Source: an uncultured delta proteobacterium
GTDB taxonomy: Bacteria > Myxococcota_A > Polyangia > Polyangiales > B10-G4
Assembly (NCBI GenBank): GCA_963727445.1
Contig: CAVSGI010000015.1
Coordinates: 288,001 to 352,000 of the forward strand
Direction: 5' to 3'
DNA length: 64,000 bases
The position numbers were made by a program, and so were the translations under genes. Positions 12,002 through 22,503 of the stretch are shown here, in pieces. A model generated the notes under the pieces. It did not search any database. It saw nothing but the letters and a program-made list of their open reading frames with translations, and was not told where the DNA came from. Numbering within the stretch: the stretch's first letter is position 1; each line of letters begins with the position of its first letter.

Positions 12002-12634
12002 GTGGCCCCTCACCCCCGATTCGACAAGCTCGACAAGGCCCAGCAGAAGGCGATCCTCGACGCCGCCGCGGCGGAGTTCGCCAAAGAGGGCTTCGAGCGC
12101 GCGTCGATCAACCGGATCATCGCCGCCGCCGACCTGAGCAAGGGCGGGCTCTACTACTACTTCGATGGCAAGGAAGACCTCTACGCCGCGGTCATGGACG
12201 ACGTCCTCGATCGGGTGGTCGAAACCGTCGCCGATATCGAGGAGCCAGAGGACGCCGAGGGCTACTGGCAGATGCTCGCCATGGGGCTCGAGCGGCTGAA
12301 CGTCGCCTTCTTCAACGACAGCGTTCTCGCCGCGCTCGGACGCGGTCTCTACCAGCGGGGCGGGAGCGATCCCGCCTACGAGAAGATCCTCGAGCGAAGC
12401 GGCGCCTGGGTCCGCAACCTCGTCGAGATGGGGCAGCGCCTCGGCGCGGTGCGCTCGGACGTCCCGCTCGGCCTTCTCGCCGAAGCGCTCACCGGAATGC
12501 TCGTCGCCATGGACCGCTGGTTCGTGATGGCGATGGAGACCGAGCCCATCGAAGAGCTGATGACGCTCGCGCCCAAGACCATCGAGCTCGCGCGCGACCT
12601 GCTCGCGCCCAAGGCCGAGGTCGACCCGTCGTGA
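12002..12634 (+). CDS. TetR/AcrR family transcriptional regulator
   Basis: ILDAAAAEFAKEGF...ADLSKGGLYYYFDGKEDL helix-turn-helix. Confidence 0.92.
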   Translation: MAPHPRFDKLDKAQQKAILDAAAAEFAKEGFERASINRIIAAADLSKGGLYYYFDGKEDLYAAVMDDVLDRVVETVADIEEPEDAEGYWQMLAMGLERLNVAFFNDSVLAALGRGLYQRGGSDPAYEKILERSGAWVRNLVEMGQRLGAVRSDVPLGLLAEALTGMLVAMDRWFVMAMETEPIEELMTLAPKTIELARDLLAPKAEVDPS

Positions 12635-12647
12635 AAGAGGAGGAGCC

Positions 12648-13427
12648 GTGAAGAAACGCCCCAGCCTGTTCGCCCTCGCCTCCGCACTCGCCGCGGCTCT
12701 GGTCCTCTTCATCGCCCACCGCCCCACGCGCGCACAGGACGGGGCGCCCGACGTCGACCAGGTCTCCGAGACGCTCGACACCCTCTGGACCAGCGACGCG
12801 AGCATCGCCCGCGTCGAGCTCAGCGTCGTGCGTCCCCGCGGCACGCGCACCCTTCGCATGAAGGTCTGGACGCGCGGGACCACGCGCGCCCTGGTCGTCG
12901 TCGAATCGCCCGAACGCGAGCGCGGCACGGCGACGCTGCGCCGCGACCGCAACCTCTGGACCTACCTGCCGCGCGTCGCCCGAACCATGCGCGTCCCGCC
13001 CTCGATGATGCTCTCGAGCTGGATGGGCAGCGACTTCACCAACGACGACCTCACGCAGTCGGCGTCGTACCGCGAGGACTTCAACGGCACGATCATCGGT
13101 CACTCCCGCGACGGCCACGGCTGGGTGCTGCGCTACGACGCGAAGGAAGGCGTGGTCGGGCTCTGGAAGCGGGTCGACTTCATCATCAACGCCGACGGGA
13201 CGCTGCCCATCCTGGCCAAGTACTACGACCGCCGGATGCGCCTCGCGCGGACGCTCCGCTTCGATCAGGTGCGCGAGATGGGGGGCCGGCGGATCCCGAC
13301 GCGCCTGACGCTTTCGCCCGAAGATCGGCCCGACGAGCACACGGAGCTCACCTATCTCGACATCGAGTTCGACGCGCACGTGCCCTCGAGCACCTTCTCG
13401 CTGACCGAGCTCGAGCGGGATCGCTGA
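12648..13427 (+). CDS. LolA-like outer membrane lipoprotein-sorting protein
   Basis: Signal peptide; LWTYLP...SWMGSDFTNDD motif. Confidence 0.85.
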   Translation: MKKRPSLFALASALAAALVLFIAHRPTRAQDGAPDVDQVSETLDTLWTSDASIARVELSVVRPRGTRTLRMKVWTRGTTRALVVVESPERERGTATLRRDRNLWTYLPRVARTMRVPPSMMLSSWMGSDFTNDDLTQSASYREDFNGTIIGHSRDGHGWVLRYDAKEGVVGLWKRVDFIINADGTLPILAKYYDRRMRLARTLRFDQVREMGGRRIPTRLTLSPEDRPDEHTELTYLDIEFDAHVPSSTFSLTELERDR

Positions 13428-14666
13428 TGCTCGACTGGAGCACGCCGCGCATCGCCTGGCGCAACCTCGGGCGAAACCGGCGGCGCACCGCGCTGGCGGT
13501 CTTCGCCATCGCCCTCGCACAGATCGCTGTGCTCTGGACCGACGGGCTGATGAACGGATGGATCGACGCCACCATCCACGCGATCACCGGGCCGATGCTC
13601 GGCCACGTGCAGGTCCACGCCGAGGGGTGGCGCGAGGAGCAGGCGATGGATCTCACGATCCGCGACGTGGACGCGCGCCTCGAAGAGCTGCGGGCGGTCC
13701 CGGGCGTCGCGCACGCCTCTGCTCGGATCTACGGGCCGGTGCTGGTGGCGAAGGAGACCGAAGCGCAGGCGGCGATGGTCGTGGGGCTCGACGTCGCCGA
13801 CGAGGCGGCCGACGGGCTGCTCGAAAACGTCGCCCAGGCCGAGCTTCCGGAGGGTCACCACGTCCTCGTCGGCTCCGTCCTGGCGCGCCAGGCGGGGCTC
13901 TCGGTGGGCGACGAGCTGGTGGTGGTGGGCCAGGCGGTCGACGGCTCGACGGCCAACGACCTCTACACCGTCGGCGGCATCCTCGCGACGCCCGTCGAAG
14001 AGGTGGATCGCTTCGGGGTGGTGATGGCGCTGGCGCCGGCGCAGGAGCTCTTCGTCATGAACGACGAGGCGCACGAGCTCACGGTGCGGGGAGACGACGC
14101 GGCGGACGCGAGCGCCCTCGCGGCGCGGATCGCCGCCATCCCCGACTTCACCGATCTCGAGGTGCTCAGCTATCGCGAGCTCGCCCCGGAGATGACCGAG
14201 CTCCTCGACATCTCCAGCGCGTACGGCCTGATCGTTCTGGTGATCGTGATGATCGCCGCCGCCGCGGGCGTCGCGAACACCATGCTGATGGCGACCTTCG
14301 AGCGCCGGGGTGAGCTGGGGATGATGCTCGCCATCGGCGCGACGCCCTTTCGCCTGGTGCGGATGGTGCTGGCCGAAGCGATCGTGACCGGATTGATAGG
14401 CGTGACCGTCGGGACGGCGCTCGGCGCGGGCATCGTGATCGATCCAGGCGCATACCGGCGTCGACATCGCCGCCCTGGGCGGCGCGGACGCCGGCAGCGA
14501 GCTCGCGATGTACGGGGTCAGCGTCACCGGCGAGCTCTACCCGCGCCTCGCCTGGATGGACGTGAGCGCCGGCTTCGTCGGCGTCACCCTGGTGTCCATC
14601 CTCGCCGCGCTCTGGCCGGCGATTCACACCGCTCGCCTCGAGCCGGTGGAGGCGATGCGCTCATGA
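13427..14666 (+). CDS. ABC transporter permease (LolE/FtsX-like) 1, apparent +1 frameshift near 14440
   Basis: AWRNLGRNRRRT start; ERRGELGMMLAIG; +1 frame completes with ALWPAIHTARLEPVEAMRS* overlapping the next ATG. Confidence 0.85.
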
Positions 14667-15901
14667 ACGTCAGCGCACGCTACGCCGCCCGCAGCCTCGG
14701 TCGAAGCGTCCGGCGCACCGCCCTCTCCGTCGTCGGCATCGGCTTCGGCGTGGGCATCGCCCTCTTCGGCATCGCGTGGATTCAGGGCGAGGGCTCGATG
14801 ACCGCGCGCGCCGCCGCGGGGGGCGGCATCGGCCACGTGCGCGTCGCGCCCAAAGGTTTCTCCGCGACCCGCGACGACGACCTCCGCCTCGACGACGGCC
14901 CCGCGCTCCTCGAAAAAGTGCGCGACGTCCCCGGCGTCGCCCTGGCGGCGCCTCATGCACGCACCGGAGGGCTCCTGGCCCTCGGGACGCGCAGCGTTCG
15001 GGTGGAGCTCACCGGCGTGGACCCGCGCGTCGAGCAACGAAATGGGCGCTTCGTCCGCCAGCTCGCCGACGGCCGCTACCTCCGCCCGGGTGAGCGCGGC
15101 GAGGTCGTGCTCGGCCGCACGCTCGTCGAGCGACTCGACGCCGAGCTCGACGACGAGCTGGTCGTCACCGCCGTCGACGAGAGCGGCGACATGCAGAGCG
15201 CCCTGTTGGTGCTGGTCGGCATCGCCGAGTCGGGAAGCCGGGAGATCGACTCCACCATCGCCCACGTCAGCCTCGCGGACGTCGCCATGCTCACGGGTCG
15301 CGCGGAGATCGGCGAGATCACCGTCGTCGCCTCCGACGTCGACGCCGTCGACGAGCTCCAGAAGGCGGTGGCCGCGGCGGTCGGCGACGAGGCCGACGTC
15401 CTGTCCTGGAAACAGGTCGCGCCCGCGCTGGTGGCGGGCGTGGCGACCGACGCCGCCTTCATGAACGTCGCCACGCTGATGGTCTTCCTCGTCGTCCTCC
15501 TGGGCGTCGCGAGCGCGCAGCTCACGGCGGTGCTCGAACGGCGCAAAGAGCTCGCCGTCCTCGGCGCCCTCGGCATGGGGACCTGGGCGCTCGTTCGGGT
15601 GATGCTCGTCGAAGGGCTCTTCCTCGGCGTCCTCGGCGCAGCCGCGGCGCTCGCATGGTCCGCGCCCCTCATCGGCCACCTCTCCGGCGCCGGCGTCGAT
15701 CTCAGCTCGGCCTTCGGCGAAGAACAGAACATGGCGCTCGCTGGCGTGATCCTCGACCCGATCTTCTATCCGGAGTTCGGCGCGTGGCTCTTCCCGACCG
15801 GCCTCTTCCTCTCCCTCGTCGCCACCATGGTGGCTTCCCTCTACCCGGCCGTGTTCGCCGCACGGATGGACCCGGCCACAGCCCTGAGAGTCGACCGATG
15901 A
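14663..15901 (+). CDS. ABC transporter permease (LolE/FtsX-like) 2
   Basis: ARSLGRSVRRT; ERRKELAVLGALG; ASLYPAVFAARMDPATALR. Confidence 0.88.
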   Translation: MNVSARYAARSLGRSVRRTALSVVGIGFGVGIALFGIAWIQGEGSMTARAAAGGGIGHVRVAPKGFSATRDDDLRLDDGPALLEKVRDVPGVALAAPHARTGGLLALGTRSVRVELTGVDPRVEQRNGRFVRQLADGRYLRPGERGEVVLGRTLVERLDAELDDELVVTAVDESGDMQSALLVLVGIAESGSREIDSTIAHVSLADVAMLTGRAEIGEITVVASDVDAVDELQKAVAAAVGDEADVLSWKQVAPALVAGVATDAAFMNVATLMVFLVVLLGVASAQLTAVLERRKELAVLGALGMGTWALVRVMLVEGLFLGVLGAAAALAWSAPLIGHLSGAGVDLSSAFGEEQNMALAGVILDPIFYPEFGAWLFPTGLFLSLVATMVASLYPAVFAARMDPATALRVDR

Positions 15902-16608
15902 CCGATGATGCGAAACAGAAGATCGCCGTCGCGACGGGCGTCACCAAGACCTTCCGCACCGGCAAGGAGACGGTGCGCGCGGTCGACGGAGTCGATCTCG
16001 TCCTCGAGGAAGGGGAGCTGCTGGCGCTCGTCGGCCCGAGCGGGAGCGGCAAGACCACGCTCCTGAACCTCCTCGGCGCCCTCGACCGGCCGACGAAGGG
16101 CGAGCTCGAGGTCCTCGGCAAGAACCTGAACCGGCTGAGCAAGGCGGAGCGCGCACACCTGCGTCTCGCGTCTCTCGGCTTCGTCTTTCAGGCCTACAAC
16201 CTCGTTCCGGTGCTCACCGCCCTCGAGAACGTGGAGTTCGTCCTCGAGCTCCAGGGGATGGGGCGCGCGGCGCGGCACGACCGCGCCCGCGCCGTCCTCG
16301 CCGACCTCGGCCTCGAAGAGCTCGCCGGTCGACGCCCCAAGGAGATGAGCGGCGGCCAACAGCAGCGCGTTGCGGTCGCGCGCGCGGTGGCGGCGCGCCC
16401 GAGGCTCGTCCTCGCCGACGAGCCGACCGCGAACCTCGACACCAAGAACGCCGAGCAGCTCATGGAGCTGATGCGGCGCCTGCACGACGAGAGCCACGTG
16501 AGCTTCGTCTTTTCGACCCACGATCCGCGCGTGGTCGCGCACGCGAGTCGGATCGTCACCCTTGTCGACGGTCACGTCGAGAGCGACGAACGGCAAGAGG
16601 CGGCATGA
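15898..16608 (+). CDS. ABC transporter ATP-binding protein (LolD-like)
   Basis: GPSGSGKT, MSGGQQQRVAVARA, LADEPTANLD. Confidence 0.93.
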   Translation: MTDDAKQKIAVATGVTKTFRTGKETVRAVDGVDLVLEEGELLALVGPSGSGKTTLLNLLGALDRPTKGELEVLGKNLNRLSKAERAHLRLASLGFVFQAYNLVPVLTALENVEFVLELQGMGRAARHDRARAVLADLGLEELAGRRPKEMSGGQQQRVAVARAVAARPRLVLADEPTANLDTKNAEQLMELMRRLHDESHVSFVFSTHDPRVVAHASRIVTLVDGHVESDERQEAA

Positions 16609-17897
16609 CCTCGGGGGCAGGGCACGCGGCGAGCGCGCTCGTCGCGCTCGTCGTGCTCCTCATGGGCGCTTCATCCGCGCGCGCGCGCGATCTGGTGGAC
16701 GAGGAGGACTTTCAGCTCTCGCTCCGCTCGGCGTTCAAGAGCAGCCTGCTCCTCGCCTTCCCCCCGGCAGACGACATCCTCTATCCCGACCGTCCCGCGG
16801 GCGCGGGGCTCTTCCGACTGCGCTTCGAGGCTGCCACCAGCATCGGCGACCACCTGAGCGCCGCCGTCGCCTACGAGCATCGCGTGCGCATGGCCTCGGG
16901 CGGCTCGGTGGGCATCGGCGTTCTTCCCTCCACCACCCCCGTCCCCTTTCGACTCGCGCAGCTCAGCTGGCCGGTCATCGACGACGAGCCCAGCTATCGT
17001 CACATCCACGAGTTCGACCGCGCCTGGATCGCTTTGCACTTCGACTTCATGGAGCTGACCGTCGGACGACAGGCCATCGGCCTCGGACGGGGCGTGCTCT
17101 TCAGCGCCGTCGACGTCTTCTCCCCCTTCCCGCCGACCGAGGTCGACCAGGAGTGGCGGCGCGGCATCGACGCCGCGCACCTCGAGCTCAAGATCCCCGA
17201 TTTCAACGCCCTGTCCGCGGACGTCTACGCCGCCCTCGGTCAGGTCCAGGACGACGGCAGCCTCGCGACCTGGGCCCTCCTCGGCCGGCTCCGCGCCCTG
17301 GTCGGTGACGTCGACGCGTCCGTCCTCATCGGCCGCCGCGGCGTCGACAACATGGTCGGCGGCACGGTCTCGGCCACCGTCGGCGACGCCGAGACCCACG
17401 GCGAGCTCGCCATGTTCGGCACCGACGGACGCGGCATCGACGGCGGCTTCATGGGGACCAACGCGGTGGTGGCGAAGATCCTCCTCGGCGGCTCCTACAA
17501 CATCGCCATCGGCAACGGCCTGCGCGTCGTCGGCGAGTATCACTACTCGGGCTTCGGCGTGAAGAACATCGGACAGGATCCGAGCATCCTGAACGACCCC
17601 GACTGGGTGCGCCGATTCTCCCAGGGCCAGAGCCAGCTCCTCGGCCGCCACGCCCTCGCGCTCTCCTTCAGCTACGACCCCTTCTACGATCTCACGGCCA
17701 CGCTCAGCTACATCCAGAGCCCGGTCGACGCGAGCGGCATGATCGCCGGCACGCTCACCTGGTACCAGTCCTCCTCGGTGACGCTCGTCTTCAACGCGTG
17801 GGTGCCCTGGGGCTCCTCGCCGACCGCCGGCGTCCCCACCAGCGAATGGGGCACTTACCCCATCACGCTCTTCCTGCAGGCGCGCCTCTACGACTGA
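16605..17897 (+). CDS. Putative outer-membrane beta-barrel protein
   Basis: Signal peptide; DRAWIAL...TVGRQAIGLG; C-terminal LFLQARLYD strand; last gene of the ABC operon. Confidence 0.7.
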   Translation: MTSGAGHAASALVALVVLLMGASSARARDLVDEEDFQLSLRSAFKSSLLLAFPPADDILYPDRPAGAGLFRLRFEAATSIGDHLSAAVAYEHRVRMASGGSVGIGVLPSTTPVPFRLAQLSWPVIDDEPSYRHIHEFDRAWIALHFDFMELTVGRQAIGLGRGVLFSAVDVFSPFPPTEVDQEWRRGIDAAHLELKIPDFNALSADVYAALGQVQDDGSLATWALLGRLRALVGDVDASVLIGRRGVDNMVGGTVSATVGDAETHGELAMFGTDGRGIDGGFMGTNAVVAKILLGGSYNIAIGNGLRVVGEYHYSGFGVKNIGQDPSILNDPDWVRRFSQGQSQLLGRHALALSFSYDPFYDLTATLSYIQSPVDASGMIAGTLTWYQSSSVTLVFNAWVPWGSSPTAGVPTSEWGTYPITLFLQARLYD

Positions 17898-17938
17898 GCC
17901 CACCGCTTGCCGAGCGTGGTCGATGTTAGGATGGACCC

Positions 17939-20254
17939 ATGCGGGGGTTTGTCTCGGTCCTGGTCGTCGTCTCGTCCCTCTTCGTCGGTTGCGAGCCTGC
18001 CGACCCGGCCTCACCCGATGGAGGCGGCGTCGAGCCCGGAGAGCCCAGCTTCCCTCCGGGTCTGGTCATCACACCCGACTCTCAGCTCGCCCGTCGCCTC
18101 TCTGGCGACTGCATTCCCTTCGATCCCTTCGGCGATGGTCGCTGGACGTGCATCATGACCACGCCTCAGGACGGAACGCTGGGCGCTCTGTCGCCGGAGG
18201 GCGAAGCGCTCCCGGACGCCGCCGGAGGAACGGCCAGCCCCCTGCTCGACGAACCGCCGACGCCCTTGCCCGGAAGGGTCGACCATCGATCGCAGTACCT
18301 CGATGGCTGCGTCACGATCAGCAACCAGCAAGCCTGTGGCTGGTGCGTCGTTCACGCCGCGACCACGGTGCTGGAGGCGCTCCACTGCTCGAAAGGATGC
18401 GACGTCCCCGAGCTGTCCGAAGCCCACCTCCGCAGCAACTCGGACGAGATCCGCACCCGACCGTTCGGAAGCTGCGCGGAGGGTTGGTGGGCAGAGGCGG
18501 CGCTCGACACCCTCGTCCGCTACCCGATCGTCGACAACGCGACGTGGCCCTACGTGGCCAACGGCCGCGGCCTCAACGAGACGCGCCCGTCCGATGCGGT
18601 GCTCGCGGCGAACGCCGTCTACCAGCCCACCGGCAGCCATGCGGTCGACCCCCGCGACCTCGATGCGCTCAAGGGTGCGCTCGCGTCCGAGCGGGAGATC
18701 CTGATCGAGGTGCCGGTCTTTCGCGACATCGTGGTGGCGGACCCCAACACGCCGGGTGACTGTGAGTCCGGAACCACCGCGACCCACCGCGACTGGTGCG
18801 ACGACGTCGCGCACGTCGGCGTGCCGCCAACGGCGAAACCGTGCGGCTGCAACCGGTGGTGCACCGACCCGATGTGTCTGTCGGGCTACCACGCCATCGT
18901 GCTGACCGGCTACGACGACACCACCCGCGAGTTCACCTTCCAGAATTCCTGGGGCAAGGAGTGGGGTGACGGCGGATACGGGACGATGTCCTACGACTTT
19001 GCGACGACCTACATCCGACAGAACGGAGCGGCGGTCCTCGACGATCTCGACACCACGATCCCCGGCAATGGCTGCGAGGACGACATGGGGGAACTGCCCG
19101 CGGATCGGTGCGGCGCGGCCGGCGACTGTGCTGCCTGCACGGCGCTCTCCGGTTGCGGGTGGTGCGATGGAACCGGCTGCATCGCCGACGCCGATCAGGG
19201 CACGTGCGTCATCTACTACCCCAACACCTGCCCGAGGCCGGCGGCGGACCCCTGCGGGGCGGCGGATTGCGCGAGCTGCGTTGCCACCGACGGGTGTGAC
19301 TGGTGCTCTTGGGGCGACTTCTGCTTCTCGCCTAGCGCGCGGACGGCGGAGTGCTGGGATCCCCGGAACGCCCCCGACCAGTGCGACGACTGCGACGACG
19401 CGATGGACTGTGCGTCCTGCGCCGCGCGCGAAGGCTGCGGCTTCTGCCCGAACCAGTCCCGCGGCGAGGTCGCGCCTGGAGCGAGCCCCACCGGCGACTG
19501 CGTGACGGGCAGCGCGACCGCACCGGATCGAGCGGAGTGCGGCGCCTATCGAGGAACGATGGACGAATGCACCGCCGACGAATGTTCGCTGATCGACAAC
19601 TGCACCGACTGTCTCGATCGTGACGGCTGCGGGTGGTGCGACGGAACCGATCAGTGCATGTTCGGTCGCTTCCGCGGCCCGGTCGGCGACGAGTACTACG
19701 GAAGCACCTGCGGCGACGACTGGGATTGGTTCTCCCCGTTTTGCGACAACACGGACGCCTCGTGCGCGGAGGCGGCCAGCTGCCGGGAGTGCCTGCGCAG
19801 CGGCTCGGCCTGTGAGTGGGACGAGACCAACCTCCTCTGCGCGGACGTCGGGACCATCTCGATGAGCGGCTACGTCATCTCCGCCGAGGGGAATTGTCCA
19901 CCGCTCTGCAACGGCGCTTTCGCGCCGTGCGAGAGCTCGGACGAATGCTGCGACGGACTCGCTTGCGTCAACGGGGACTGCGTCGACTGCGGTGGCGCGG
20001 GAGACGTCGGCGAAGGCTGTGACGGCGCTGTAGTCGGCGCATGTTGTGGATCGCTCGTCTGCAGCGAGTCCGCGGGGGGCGGCGGCACAACCTGTTGTCG
20101 GAGCGACCGCGATGCCTGCGGCGGCGACGCCGAGTGCTGCGGCGAGATGCTGTGCGTGATGGGACACTGCGCGTGTCGCGCCTCGGGGGAGTCGTGTCAG
20201 ACGGGACGAGAGTGCTGCGGCAGCTCGTTCTGCGATGCCGGCACCTGCACCTGA
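17939..20254 (+). CDS. Papain-like (C1) cysteine peptidase lipoprotein with Cys-rich PSI-like repeats
   Basis: NQQACGWC (Cys), GYHAIVLTGYDD (His), FQNSWGKEWGDGGYG (Asn); repeated CxxC...GCGWC. Confidence 0.88.
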   Translation: MRGFVSVLVVVSSLFVGCEPADPASPDGGGVEPGEPSFPPGLVITPDSQLARRLSGDCIPFDPFGDGRWTCIMTTPQDGTLGALSPEGEALPDAAGGTASPLLDEPPTPLPGRVDHRSQYLDGCVTISNQQACGWCVVHAATTVLEALHCSKGCDVPELSEAHLRSNSDEIRTRPFGSCAEGWWAEAALDTLVRYPIVDNATWPYVANGRGLNETRPSDAVLAANAVYQPTGSHAVDPRDLDALKGALASEREILIEVPVFRDIVVADPNTPGDCESGTTATHRDWCDDVAHVGVPPTAKPCGCNRWCTDPMCLSGYHAIVLTGYDDTTREFTFQNSWGKEWGDGGYGTMSYDFATTYIRQNGAAVLDDLDTTIPGNGCEDDMGELPADRCGAAGDCAACTALSGCGWCDGTGCIADADQGTCVIYYPNTCPRPAADPCGAADCASCVATDGCDWCSWGDFCFSPSARTAECWDPRNAPDQCDDCDDAMDCASCAAREGCGFCPNQSRGEVAPGASPTGDCVTGSATAPDRAECGAYRGTMDECTADECSLIDNCTDCLDRDGCGWCDGTDQCMFGRFRGPVGDEYYGSTCGDDWDWFSPFCDNTDASCAEAASCRECLRSGSACEWDETNLLCADVGTISMSGYVISAEGNCPPLCNGAFAPCESSDECCDGLACVNGDCVDCGGAGDVGEGCDGAVVGACCGSLVCSESAGGGGTTCCRSDRDACGGDAECCGEMLCVMGHCACRASGESCQTGRECCGSSFCDAGTCT

Positions 20255-20272
20255 AGAGGCGTCACGCCGAGA

Positions 20273-21178
20273 TCAGTGACCGACGCGGTCGGTCTTCGTC
20301 CCCTGCTCGGCTTCCTTTTCGATGTGCTCCATGATCGCGCCGGCGACGTCCTTGCCGGTCGCGCCCTCGATGCCTTCGAGACCGGGGGAGGAGTTCACCT
20401 CGAGCACCAGCGCGCCGTGATGGCTGCGGAGCATGTCGACGCCGGCCACGCGCAGGTTCAGCGCCTTGGCGGCCGATAGCGCGATGGAGCGCTCCTCGGG
20501 GGTGAGCTTCACCTTCGAGCCGGTACCTCCGCGGTGGATGTTCGCGCGGAACTCGCCCTCGGCGGCGGTGCGGATCATCGAGGCGACGAGCCTTCCGCCC
20601 ACCACGAAGCAGCGGATGTCCGCGCCGCGCGACTCGGCGATGAACTCCTGCACCAGGATGTTTGCGTTGAGCCCACGGAAGGCGTCGATCACCGACTCGG
20701 CCGCCTTCTCGGTCTCCGCGAGGACGACGCCGATCCCCTGTGTGCCCTCGAGCAGCTTGATGATCAGCGGAGCGCCGCCGACCATCTGGATCAAGCCCTT
20801 GGTGTCGTCGGTGGAGCTCGCGCAACCGGTGACCGGCATGGGGATGCCCTTGCGCGAGAGGATCTGCAGCGAGCGGAGCTTGTCGCGCGAGCGCGCCACC
20901 GCCTGCGAGCCGTTCACGCTGTAGACGCCGCTGAGCTCGAGCTGACGAATGACGGCGGTGCCGTAGAAGGTCGTGGTCGTACCGACGCGCGGGATGACGG
21001 CGTCGAGCTGCTCGAGCGGATCGCCCTGATACATCACCACGGGGCGGTGCGTGGCGATCGACATGTAGCACTGCATGTAGTCGATGACCCGAACCTCGTG
21101 ACCGCGGCTCTCCCCCGCTTCGACCAGACGCTTGGTCGAGTAGGAGCCCGCCTTCTGGCTGAGGATTCCGATCTTCAC
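20273..21178 (-). CDS. rimK: RimK alpha-L-glutamate ligase
   Basis: [59 protein letters not shown]. Confidence 0.95.
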   Translation of the reverse strand: MKIGILSQKAGSYSTKRLVEAGESRGHEVRVIDYMQCYMSIATHRPVVMYQGDPLEQLDAVIPRVGTTTTFYGTAVIRQLELSGVYSVNGSQAVARSRDKLRSLQILSRKGIPMPVTGCASSTDDTKGLIQMVGGAPLIIKLLEGTQGIGVVLAETEKAAESVIDAFRGLNANILVQEFIAESRGADIRCFVVGGRLVASMIRTAAEGEFRANIHRGGTGSKVKLTPEERSIALSAAKALNLRVAGVDMLRSHHGALVLEVNSSPGLEGIEGATGKDVAGAIMEHIEKEAEQGTKTDRVGH

Positions 21179-22479
21179 TTGCGCTTCTCTTTGGGGATCT
21201 TCTCTTTGGGGATCTTCTGAGAGATCGGCGCGCAGCGCCCGAGGAGGGAAGCATAATGCGCCCGCACCGGTCTGAGGCGAATCCGATTCAGAAAACCCGA
21301 ATAGGTCAGATAAGAAACGATGAAGCGACGATCCTCCGCCCAGGGCGGAAGATGACGGGGCGCACGGATGAGCTTCTGGCTTCGCAGCATCGCCAGCGCC
21401 GGTAGATCCTCGATGTCGAGCTTGCCACAGAAGAGCAGGGGCATCAGGTCGGGCCGCCGGAGCTCCACGATCGAGCGCAAGAAGTTGTGCACGCGCAAGA
21501 GGCCGTCGAGGTAGACGCCGTCCTTGGTGAAGGGGGCGCGCCCCGTGACCGTCCCGCCCCGCACGATCCGGCGCGCGTCCTCGAAGGCGCCGTCCTGATC
21601 GTCGCTGTCGCTGCGGTCGAGGAAGAAGCGATAGAGCTCGATGAAGTCCGCGCCTTCGATCGCCATCTGGATGGCGAGGACCCGGTCGGCCAGACGCTGC
21701 AGGCGGTTCGGGCCGAGAGAGCCGCTGATCAGCTCGGAGAAGACCGCGAGGCCCTCCTGAGTGCGCGTGGTCCCCGCGTGTCGCGCCGCGAGGAGCGGCA
21801 ACTTCTTCTGGCGCTTGCCGTTGAGCGAGGTCGCGATGTGCACCATCGCCTCGTGCATCACCAGCTGGTTGATGTCCTCGGTGGTGAACTGGGCGTTCGC
21901 CCGCAGGCGGATGCGATCGGTCCGCGCGGCGGCCTTCGCGGCCATGTTCTCCGCCACCACCACCCGCGGCGCCTGGTCGCCGAGGAGCGAGTCCACCGAG
22001 TGCTGGATCCGCTCGGCGATCTGGTGCGCGTTCAGCTGATTCGGCGCCGGCCCGAGCTTGCTCGGGGCGAGCTCGTTGAGGATCTTGTCGATTCGCCGCG
22101 CCAGCTGCAGTGAGGTGCTCTTGTCATCGACGAGCGGCGTGGTGGGCTCGCCGTAGAGCGCGACGGAGTGCGCAAAGAACTCCGGCGTCCCGGCGGATTC
22201 GATCAAGCGCGCCGACAAATCGATGCAGCGCGCCTGTCGTCGCACGTACTCGTCGACCTCACTGGTCCCTGGGACCATCGCCGCAGCTCGGGCGCACGCT
22301 TCGCGGACGGCGCTCAGGTCGCGCTTCGGATAGCTGACCTTGGGCAGCGTCTGCGCGCCGCGCGCGAAGAAGCGGGCCTTGATCCGCGGCGCCCACTCGA
22401 GGGCCTTGAGCACGTTCACCGACGCATCGGCCTTCTTCAGGATCTTGGCGGCCTCGGTGAGCCTTTCGTGTTCAACCAT
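21175..22479 (-). CDS. DUF1704 / QEGLA-motif metallo-carboxypeptidase-like protein (MATCAP-related)
   Basis: HEAMVH (HExxxH), [23 protein letters not shown]; stop overlaps the rimK start. Confidence 0.88.
   Translation of the reverse strand: MVEHERLTEAAKILKKADASVNVLKALEWAPRIKARFFARGAQTLPKVSYPKRDLSAVREACARAAAMVPGTSEVDEYVRRQARCIDLSARLIESAGTPEFFAHSVALYGEPTTPLVDDKSTSLQLARRIDKILNELAPSKLGPAPNQLNAHQIAERIQHSVDSLLGDQAPRVVVAENMAAKAAARTDRIRLRANAQFTTEDINQLVMHEAMVHIATSLNGKRQKKLPLLAARHAGTTRTQEGLAVFSELISGSLGPNRLQRLADRVLAIQMAIEGADFIELYRFFLDRSDSDDQDGAFEDARRIVRGGTVTGRAPFTKDGVYLDGLLRVHNFLRSIVELRRPDLMPLLFCGKLDIEDLPALAMLRSQKLIRAPRHLPPWAEDRRFIVSYLTYSGFLNRIRLRPVRAHYASLLGRCAPISQKIPKEKIPKEKRK
21184..21218. repeat. 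15-bp tandem repeat encoding KIPKE x2 at the DUF1704 C-terminus
   Basis: CTTCTCTTTGGGGAT twice plus a partial copy. Confidence 0.8.
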
Positions 22480-22503
22480 GAGTGTCGGACGATACGCGGA
22501 AAT

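Noticed and set aside
13427..15901. 824-aa fused double permease ORF
   Set aside because: Artefact of a +1 shift near 14440; the real C-terminus of permease 1 is in another frame and ends in an ATGA overlap
18011..20167. 718-aa minus-strand ORF
   Set aside because: Antisense to the C1 peptidase
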